This document shows positions 24,090 to 31,415 of a stretch of DNA of 37,033 nucleotides, piece after piece (the stretch's first letter is position 1; the number at the start of each line of letters is the position of its first letter). The DNA comes from Pseudomonadota bacterium (GTDB taxonomy: Bacteria; Bdellovibrionota_B; Oligoflexia; Silvanigrellales; Silvanigrellaceae). The notes below the pieces were generated by a model. The model searched no databases and was not told the origin of the DNA. It was given only the letters and a program-made list of their open reading frames with translations. The position numbers and the translations under genes were made by a program. The stretch is from positions 1 through 37,033 of the forward strand of contig JBDLRR010000301.1 of assembly GCA_039799985.1 (NCBI GenBank). Direction: 5' to 3'.

Positions 24090-25498
24090 GGCAGGCTCGG
24101 CGAAGAAGACATACGTGGAGGAAGATTCCATTTGTCACAAAGGAAGAGATCCATGGCAAGGAGCAATTCTTCATACTCGATGGAAGCCAACGAGATTCGG
24201 TCGCGGTTGAGATCCTGTTGTGCGGCGATCAGTCTGTCGATTGAAAGCTCTCCGGCCTCAAAGAGTCTTTGATTCTTCTCGCGCATCTGCCCGGTGATAG
24301 CGACCAGCTGTTCGGCTGATTTCTTCTGCTGACGAGTTTGTTTGAGTTTGAGCTTGGTGTTCTCTATTCCAGAGATCGCATCACGAATTGATTTCTCTTC
24401 ATTCAATTTGGCCGATTGGACGCGCTGTCGACCCTCTTCAACCACGCCGAAGGTTGTTGGCGGGTTGAGGGTAATTTCGCCAACCAAAGCAAGTGACCAC
24501 TGCCGTGATGAGTCGAAATTGCCCGAGGATGCGCTGCTGTTTGCACCAGAGGGCGCTTCACGCCCGTCGAGTCGGCGATTTTGTGAAGCTTGCGCAACGG
24601 CATCCAGGCGCGGCGACAATCGTGCAGATTCTCCAATTCCGCTGTCTGCTGTGATGGTCTGTGTCTCTGTTCGTGCAATCGCAACATTCAAGAGCGACGC
24701 AAGAGTTTCGGAATTGGAGGTGATTTTGGAATCAATGGTGATGGTGTCAACAGGGTTGTAATTTACAAACCTCAGAAACGAGTCGAATTTTGAGTTGTCG
24801 TCAAACTCAATTCCGTAATTCCGATGCAGACGAGTCTTGAGCTCTTCGAGTGTGTTCTCCGCAATCATAGACTCCTGTTCAATCCGCAGCAGTTCCCTCT
24901 GCGAATCGAGCAGGTCGCGCTTTCCCAGAAAGCCGCTGCTTTCCTTCCGGGCTGCCAGGTGATTCAGTGCTTTTGCCTGACGTGATGCATCAAGATGAAA
25001 CGCCAGAACTCTTTTCTGATGGTGAATTCCAGCGATATCCCTCAGCCAGCTGCGAATGTGGTTTCGAAGCGAAAGAATTCTCTTCAAGCGCGCACTGCGT
25101 GTTCGAAATTCAGCGGCAGAGATTCTTTTCAAATCGGCGCCACCGTTGAAAATATTTTGCCGCAGCGTGAGATTCAGCTGGAGTTCGCTGGCGCGTGGAG
25201 TTGATCCCACTTCATTGTTGCTGTCGAAATATCTGGATTGCCCGCGGCTCAGGTTGGCACCTGCCGAGAACGTAGGGAGGAATTTTTGTTTCTGAGTGTT
25301 GGTGGCAGTCAAAGCTTCTTGCCACTGGCTTTGACTTGCATCAGCTGCGTTGAAGTGAGCCGTGACTGCAGCCAAAGACGGCTGCCAGACCGCGAGTTCC
25401 GCAGGAAATTGCTCTTCTGAAATTTCTTCGGCCCAAGCATGTTCTTGAAGCACGCAGCTGAGAATGACAATCTTGATGACCGTTAGCCAATTTTTCAT
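24086..25498 (-). CDS. TolC-family outer-membrane efflux protein
   Basis: 470 aa. It has the signal peptide MKNWLTVIKIVILSCVLQEHAWA and a two-repeat helical/coiled composition of OEP length. It sits between two MacB genes, starting 4 nt after the upstream MacB stop. Confidence 0.7.
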   Translation of the reverse strand: MKNWLTVIKIVILSCVLQEHAWAEEISEEQFPAELAVWQPSLAAVTAHFNAADASQSQWQEALTATNTQKQKFLPTFSAGANLSRGQSRYFDSNNEVGSTPRASELQLNLTLRQNIFNGGADLKRISAAEFRTRSARLKRILSLRNHIRSWLRDIAGIHHQKRVLAFHLDASRQAKALNHLAARKESSGFLGKRDLLDSQRELLRIEQESMIAENTLEELKTRLHRNYGIEFDDNSKFDSFLRFVNYNPVDTITIDSKITSNSETLASLLNVAIARTETQTITADSGIGESARLSPRLDAVAQASQNRRLDGREAPSGANSSASSGNFDSSRQWSLALVGEITLNPPTTFGVVEEGRQRVQSAKLNEEKSIRDAISGIENTKLKLKQTRQQKKSAEQLVAITGQMREKNQRLFEAGELSIDRLIAAQQDLNRDRISLASIEYEELLLAMDLFLCDKWNLPPRMSSSPSLP

Positions 25499-25502
25499 TT
25501 CT

Positions 25503-27569
25503 TCACTCCTGCTTCAACGCTTCAACGACGTCCATTGAAGCAGCCCGCATGGCAGGCCATGTTCCGAAGACAAGTCCTGCGCTCAGACTCACTGCCAATG
25601 CGATGGTCAGGGCAACAACATCGAATTGATAATCAAGACTTCCAATGCGCGGAAGGTATAACTTCGCCACGGCGAAAGCAGACATGCTCACGCCAATTCC
25701 AACTCCCGCCCCCAATAGCCCGCTGAGTGTGCAGAGCCCTGTCGATTCCAAAAGAAATTGGGTCTTGATATGCTTTTCTTGCGCGCCCACCGCTTTTCGA
25801 ATTCCAATCTCACGTATTCTTTCGTGGACATTCACCAGCATGATGTTCATCACGCCAATGCCGCCAATAAGGGTGCACAGGCCACCAATCACCAGCGTCA
25901 AGCCTGTCAGGATTCCCATCATCAAATTGAACTTTTCGAGTTCCTGTTCGGCTGCAAAATATCGGAACGGAAATTTGTTGTCGGTCATCAGACTCAGCTT
26001 GCCTATCACTTGTTTTGCAAACCATGTGGGGCTCACGCCAGGATTTGGCACTGTGACAAAGCGGGTCTTGAAGATCGATGAGCCGCTTGCCAATAAGGTT
26101 TGAGCGGGGATGTAGAGTGTTGAATTGATGTCGCGGTCAAAAAGCGAGTCAATAGGCTCGAGAATTCCGATGATGGTAATGATTCCATCGAATTGGCAGC
26201 CACGGACAATAAGGTGCTGGCCGACAACAGAGGAATCAACTTTGTTCTGTTTTGAATTTCTTGCCGGAAAAAGTTTGATGACTGCATCACTCCCCAAAAG
26301 AGCAACACGTGCCGCTGAGTTGGCTTCGAATTCATGTGGCATCGGCAGCCTGCCGGCTGAAATCCTCAGGCTGTTTTCTTGAGCCTCCTTGAGGGAATTG
26401 ATGCCACTCAATGCGCCTTGAAAGCTGCCAAAGGGCGAAGAGATTTTGCAATCGCTTGTTTCGATTGTCGGGTCGACTCGCCCAAGTGATGCCAGTTGAC
26501 TGTTCAAGACGGGAAGATCGGTCTTGACGTTGAGTCCGCGCCAGCGCGGGGCTCCCGTTTTGTCCGCAAGGCGACCGTCAAAGCTGACAAATGCCTTTCG
26601 TGAACCTTGGGTTGCAAAGAATTCTTCAAAGATCTTTTCAACCTGTCCGGTCAGGGTCAGCATGATGAAAATACTCGAGACACCCAGAAGAAGTCCGGTC
26701 ATCGTCAGGACTGTGCGCAGTCGTTGGGTTTTGAGCGCGTCGAAGGTTGGGAGGAACATTGCTTTCAGTTGTCTGCCGATTTTCTGCCAAGCCAAGAAAG
26801 GTTTTCCTGCCGAAGTTTCTGGGTGGTTCTGATTGGGTTCTAATTTCGGGATGAGTCGTTTTCGGGAATTGACTTTGTCTTCGACGATGCGTCCATCAAC
26901 GATGCGGATGATTCTGTCCGCTTTTTCGGCAACGGCCGAATCGTGGGTGATGACGATGATGGATTTTCCGGCAGCATGAAGTGCTTCAAGCGTGTTGAGA
27001 ACCTCCAGCGCAGTGCTGCTGTCAAGAGCTCCGGTGGGTTCGTCACACAACAAGACATCGGGCTCCATGATCAGTGCACGACAGAGCGCAACGCGTTGTC
27101 TTTGGCCGCCTGAAAGCTGTCCAGGTCTCTTGTTTTCTTGTCCTTGCAATCCGAATCGCTCAATCAGGTTGAGTGCTCTGTTGCGCAATTCTGCAAGGTC
27201 GGGCGTCTGTTTGGAGTATTCGGTCGGCAGGAGAATATTTTCGAGAACACTCAGCTGCGGCACGAGAAAAAATTGCTGAAACAAAAACCCGATTCTCTTG
27301 TTTCTCAATTGCGATTTCTGATTGGCACTGAGGCTCGCTGTAGGCGCTTCGCTGATAAACAGCTCACCGGTGCCCGGGCTGGCCATGAGTCCCAGAAGAT
27401 GCATGAGGGTAGATTTGCCCGAGCCACTGGGGCCAATGATCGAGACGAATTCACCGTGTCGAATCTTGAGATTGATGTTCTCGAGCGCGACGAACGAGGG
27501 TGTGTTCATCGCGGTGTAGGTGTAGCTCACCTGCTCCAACCGAAACAGAAAATCTCCATTCCGATTCAT
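25503..27569 (-). CDS. macB: MacB-type fused ABC ATPase / FtsX-permease efflux protein (copy 1, proximal)
   Basis: 688 aa from the ATG at 27569, 10 nt after the adaptor gene stop. It has GPSGSGKST, LSGGQRQRVALCRA, VLLCDEPTGALD and VITHD, plus an FtsX C-terminus (ERIREIGIRKAVGA). Its ATPase domain is roughly half identical to the other copy, by eye. Confidence 0.9.
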   Translation of the reverse strand: MNRNGDFLFRLEQVSYTYTAMNTPSFVALENINLKIRHGEFVSIIGPSGSGKSTLMHLLGLMASPGTGELFISEAPTASLSANQKSQLRNKRIGFLFQQFFLVPQLSVLENILLPTEYSKQTPDLAELRNRALNLIERFGLQGQENKRPGQLSGGQRQRVALCRALIMEPDVLLCDEPTGALDSSTALEVLNTLEALHAAGKSIIVITHDSAVAEKADRIIRIVDGRIVEDKVNSRKRLIPKLEPNQNHPETSAGKPFLAWQKIGRQLKAMFLPTFDALKTQRLRTVLTMTGLLLGVSSIFIMLTLTGQVEKIFEEFFATQGSRKAFVSFDGRLADKTGAPRWRGLNVKTDLPVLNSQLASLGRVDPTIETSDCKISSPFGSFQGALSGINSLKEAQENSLRISAGRLPMPHEFEANSAARVALLGSDAVIKLFPARNSKQNKVDSSVVGQHLIVRGCQFDGIITIIGILEPIDSLFDRDINSTLYIPAQTLLASGSSIFKTRFVTVPNPGVSPTWFAKQVIGKLSLMTDNKFPFRYFAAEQELEKFNLMMGILTGLTLVIGGLCTLIGGIGVMNIMLVNVHERIREIGIRKAVGAQEKHIKTQFLLESTGLCTLSGLLGAGVGIGVSMSAFAVAKLYLPRIGSLDYQFDVVALTIALAVSLSAGLVFGTWPAMRAASMDVVEALKQE

Positions 27570-27579
27570 GATATCCGTC

Positions 27580-28827
27580 TCACTTTTTATTGATGGTACT
27601 GGTGGATTCGCTTGCGGCCCCGTCGCCAAGGCGGCCTTCTGCAAGCTTCTTGAGATCCAGCCGGGCGAAGTCGATCTCAAGTACCTTGTCTCCGACCTTC
27701 AAGTCATCGCCCTCAATTTCGACCCACAGGTCTGTCGTGATTCCGGTTTTGATCGACTTGTAGCGTGCCGGTGAATTTGATGACTGCCTGGGAAGTTCAA
27801 CCACTGAATTTCCAGAAAGTGTTGCCACGGCATTGGCTGGCAAGGCGAGGACGTCTTTGCGCTCGGCAGCGATGAGTTCAACGCTGGCATTCATCTGGGC
27901 ACGCACGTCCTGGTCGGGATTTTCAATCAGGATGTCGGTCACGAAATAGGTATAGCCGCCAGCTTTGTCTTCTACGCCCTGCTGACTGATGCGGCTGACT
28001 TTGCCACGGTAGGATTTTTCCGGAAAGGCATCCAGCTTGATTTGAACGGGTTGTCCAGTTTTGACAATGGCAAGGTCGGACTCGAGGATTCGCGATCGGA
28101 CCATCATTTGCTCGATATCTGAAACAATAAGAACCTCGCGGCCTGTTGCTTCGGCGCTTTCGGTGGTTGCCATCACACTTTCACCCACGGCTTTGTTCAG
28201 AAATGTCACGACCCCTTTTTTGGGTGCCTTGACGAAAATAATCGACGTGCGTGAGTCGATTCCTTTTCTGCTCTTGCGTGATGTACCCGCGCTGCCCGAC
28301 AGTCCCAAGGAGTTTTCAAGCAGGTTGAGCTGTTCCCTGGCAGTGTTGTAGGCCAGTTGAGCGCGATCGAAGTCGTTTTCGGCCTTTTCATTTTCTGCTT
28401 GCGAAAAAAGATCCTTCACATTTTTTCGCCGCTCGAGATTTTCTTCAGCGGCCTGCAGTTCGATGCGGGTTCTTTGCACTTCGCTTTGGCGTGCTTCCAG
28501 TTCTTTTTGTCCCGATGTGTCCTGCAAAACCGCAAAAAGAAGTTGTCCGTCAATGACCCGCTGGCCTTCCTGCACATGAATCTGTTTGAGTTGGCCCGAG
28601 ACAGGTGAGTAAACGGCGATGGAGCTAGAAGGTAGAATTTTTCCGGTCAACAGAAGATCTCTTCGAACGTCGCGCCGGACCACCAAGACAGTCTTTGCAT
28701 TTTGTTCTTTTTCGAATTTTGACTGCCGGTTGTACCGAGTCCAGCTGAAAAATGCGATCAGTGCGCATAGGCACGCTGCAACGACGATGAACAAAGGTTT
28801 TTTGAAAAATGGTCTTTGTTTTTTCAT
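27580..28827 (-). CDS. macA: HlyD/MacA-family periplasmic adaptor (membrane fusion protein)
   Basis: 415 aa. It has an N-terminal TM anchor (LFIVVAACLCALIAFF), a coiled-coil hairpin (ELEARQSEVQRTRIELQAAEENLERRK...) and beta-barrel and lipoyl-like segments in the usual order. Confidence 0.85.
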   Translation of the reverse strand: MKKQRPFFKKPLFIVVAACLCALIAFFSWTRYNRQSKFEKEQNAKTVLVVRRDVRRDLLLTGKILPSSSIAVYSPVSGQLKQIHVQEGQRVIDGQLLFAVLQDTSGQKELEARQSEVQRTRIELQAAEENLERRKNVKDLFSQAENEKAENDFDRAQLAYNTAREQLNLLENSLGLSGSAGTSRKSRKGIDSRTSIIFVKAPKKGVVTFLNKAVGESVMATTESAEATGREVLIVSDIEQMMVRSRILESDLAIVKTGQPVQIKLDAFPEKSYRGKVSRISQQGVEDKAGGYTYFVTDILIENPDQDVRAQMNASVELIAAERKDVLALPANAVATLSGNSVVELPRQSSNSPARYKSIKTGITTDLWVEIEGDDLKVGDKVLEIDFARLDLKKLAEGRLGDGAASESTSTINKK

Positions 28828-28882
28828 GGTGTGTCATGGCCCTGGAGTGAAACGGCTTTGAACGCGGGAGGCTAACATTTTT

Positions 28883-30358
28883 TCAATGCGACCATAAGTA
28901 TCGGCCGGTTGATCGCCGGACATTGGCCAGGTCGGGTGGTTTGCGGATTTTGTTCCGATCCCAATAGCGGGTCATTCCTTTTGAGTGCTCGAAAGTCAAT
29001 GCAAATGCATCTTGCCAGCCGATCGATTGCCACTGTGTTGCGCTTTTTTTGTCGGTCCGGCGAACCCAACAGCGCGGCTCTTCTTCAGAGTTGTTTTGAA
29101 AAACAAGAATGCGCGGCACAGATGCGGCACCTATCACAGTCCGACAGGCAGTTCGGTTTGTCAGCAGGGCTTGATACTGGCCATCATCTGCCATCCAGAG
29201 CGACGTTCCTGTGTAACCAAGATGTCCAAAGATGTTTCTATTTTTGGCAAGCGGCCAAAGATTGAGTCCGGCTGTCGAGAGTTCATTTGAAGGAGTGTCG
29301 AGTCCCCAACTGAACCTGCTGCTTCCGACGTTGTTTGGAGTCAAGAGTTCCGAAAATTCGATTTGGCTTGTGATAAAAAATTCTGCCACCTTTGCCACGT
29401 CCAGAATGCTGCCAAACATTCCAGCATGACTGGATACCACCGGGAAAGCCGCACAGGCAGAACGAAATTCGGTGGCCAGGATGTTGGCATTGGTGTCGTG
29501 CGCCGCACCAAATTCGCCCGCGTGGTTGTTCAGCTTTCGGTTTTCGTACAAATGGGCGACGACCTGTGAGTGGATGTATGGGAAAAACGGAATGGCTTGC
29601 TGGCTTCGCTCCGGATCCAGTGACGCATGCCAGAATTCGCTGTTCCAGATGCCGTTGAGCTCTTCGATGATGCCCTTCCAGCCCGGGAATCTGGTGACAG
29701 CGAGATTTTCGATGACCCGGGCCAAAAGATAATAATTCAAATCTGAATATATCGTCGCACTTTCTGATTCGGGCTTCTGCAATGGAATGTTCAATATGTG
29801 CGTGGTGAGATCTTTTTGCGCAGCACGAGCGAAAAGGCCATCGCCGTCGTTCTGCAGGTCGGGCGTCCGGTTGATGGAGCGCGCATGCCCGGATGGACCA
29901 TGAGAGATGAAATGCCAAAGGGCCCGGCCAAACCATGTCCAGGCTTTCAGGCCACTGGTGTGGTTGAGCAGATGAGAAAGAGTGAGCCAAGAATGCTTTT
30001 CGGCCCAGGATTTGAGCTCTTTGCCTTCGTCGGACCGTGGTTCAATCAAGCTTGCCAGCGGGCTCCCTGTCCAAAGCAGCGCGTCTGGTCCAAGTTTGTG
30101 GCGCAACCAGGCGTTTGCCAGGAGTGGCTTTGTCAGGCTCGCAAGGTCGAAGGCGGGCATCCAGTTCCGGAACGATTTCTGGTGAGGATGAAGTTGAGAA
30201 TTCTGGTCGAGAAGCCAATCGCGTGGGTAAGCTTCATCGGCGTAGAAAGCTGAAATTGCACCATTTCGGTGGGCGCATGACCAGGCGGTGAAAAGCCCCT
30301 GACCCACTTGTTCTTCGAGGCTTTCAATCAAGGGAGTGTATGGTAGACCCATGTCCAT
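28883..30358 (-). CDS. Beta-lactamase-related serine hydrolase (class C / PBP4*-esterase family)
   Basis: 491 aa from MDMGLPY. It has the S-x-x-K motif FDLASLTKPL, a YSDLNYY (Y-x-N) motif and HLGYTGTS in the third-motif position. The ORF is open up to 30715, but that extension runs antisense through nadC and has no domain content. Confidence 0.8.
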   Translation of the reverse strand: MDMGLPYTPLIESLEEQVGQGLFTAWSCAHRNGAISAFYADEAYPRDWLLDQNSQLHPHQKSFRNWMPAFDLASLTKPLLANAWLRHKLGPDALLWTGSPLASLIEPRSDEGKELKSWAEKHSWLTLSHLLNHTSGLKAWTWFGRALWHFISHGPSGHARSINRTPDLQNDGDGLFARAAQKDLTTHILNIPLQKPESESATIYSDLNYYLLARVIENLAVTRFPGWKGIIEELNGIWNSEFWHASLDPERSQQAIPFFPYIHSQVVAHLYENRKLNNHAGEFGAAHDTNANILATEFRSACAAFPVVSSHAGMFGSILDVAKVAEFFITSQIEFSELLTPNNVGSSRFSWGLDTPSNELSTAGLNLWPLAKNRNIFGHLGYTGTSLWMADDGQYQALLTNRTACRTVIGAASVPRILVFQNNSEEEPRCWVRRTDKKSATQWQSIGWQDAFALTFEHSKGMTRYWDRNKIRKPPDLANVRRSTGRYLWSH

Positions 30359-30457
30359 GTCGTCTGCCTCTTTGGAGGTTGCGCACGATTGGTAGCAGAT
30401 GGAGTCACAATAGTCGCCGGCATCGGAAAGTCCAAGTCGGCAGCAAGGAGATTGGCT

Positions 30458-31408
30458 GTGGTTCAACAACAAAAACAGACACTCGAGCTCAACCGGGCCT
30501 GGGTTGACAGTCAACTTGTTGCTCAGTTCGGCGTCTCGCCCCAGCGCATTTACAAAGATATCGATGCGTGGCTCGAGGAAGACTCCGGTGGGGGTGACGT
30601 GAGTTTGTGGACCCAGCCTGTGGGCACACCCGAAATGAAGGTTGAAATCATTGCCAAACAGGATTTCATGCTCTGCGGTTTGAGTCTGATGGCTGCGGTT
30701 TTTCACCGGACACATGCATCCCTTTCCTGCCTCCTGGAGAGCGATTTTCGTGATGGCGCAAGAGTCAAAAAGGGAGACGTCATCTTGCGTGGCAGAGGCG
30801 ATGCAAGATGTTTGCTGCTTGGAGAACGCGTTGCGTTGAATCTTGCGGCCCGCTTGAGCGGGATTGCCAGCAAGACCTCAGCGATGCTCGAAATTGTTGA
30901 AAAATCTGCCGCGCGTGCGCAGGCCCGCAGTCCAAGGCTTCTGGAAACCCGCAAAACTACGCCGGGCATTCGCCTCTACGAAAAATATGCAACGCGATTG
31001 GCAGGGGTGCGCAATCATCGCCATTCGCTCGACACCGGACTCATGCTCAAAGAAAATCATCTGCGCAGTTTTGGTGGCATCGCTGCGGCCCTCAGCTCTG
31101 CCCGAAAGAGCATTCCATTGCTCACAAAACTCGAGGTGGAAGTCACCAATCTGAGCGAATTCAGTGAGGCGGTAGCAGGCGGAGCAGATGTCATCATGCT
31201 CGACAATTTTGCACTCGATGACATCAAAATCGCAGTGGCCGAGCGGTCCAAAAGCGGGCGGGCTATTGAGTTGGAAGTGAGCGGGAATTTGAGCGAAGAA
31301 AATATCGCCGCCTATGCTGGATTGGGGATAGATTATTTGAGTTCAGGGGCACTGATTCACCAAGCAACATGGGTAGACATGAGCCTGCAACTTTATCGAA
31401 TGACGTGA
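30458..31408 (+). CDS. nadC: Nicotinate-nucleotide pyrophosphorylase (quinolinate phosphoribosyltransferase)
   Basis: It has WLEEDSGGGDVS, ERVALNLAARLSGIAS, LETRKTTPGIR, NHRHSLD, IMLDN and LEVSGN motifs. I chose the GTG at 30458 because AAGGAG (30445-30450) lies 7 nt upstream. The ORF is open from the TTG at 30389. Confidence 0.85.
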   Translation: MVQQQKQTLELNRAWVDSQLVAQFGVSPQRIYKDIDAWLEEDSGGGDVSLWTQPVGTPEMKVEIIAKQDFMLCGLSLMAAVFHRTHASLSCLLESDFRDGARVKKGDVILRGRGDARCLLLGERVALNLAARLSGIASKTSAMLEIVEKSAARAQARSPRLLETRKTTPGIRLYEKYATRLAGVRNHRHSLDTGLMLKENHLRSFGGIAAALSSARKSIPLLTKLEVEVTNLSEFSEAVAGGADVIMLDNFALDDIKIAVAERSKSGRAIELEVSGNLSEENIAAYAGLGIDYLSSGALIHQATWVDMSLQLYRMT

Positions 31409-31415
31409 TGGAACA

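Noticed and set aside
30359-30715. A 119-codon N-terminal extension of the serine hydrolase ORF.
   Set aside because: It has no domain content and runs antisense through the conserved N-terminal part of nadC. The internal ATG at 30358 leaves a sensible 100-nt divergent promoter region.
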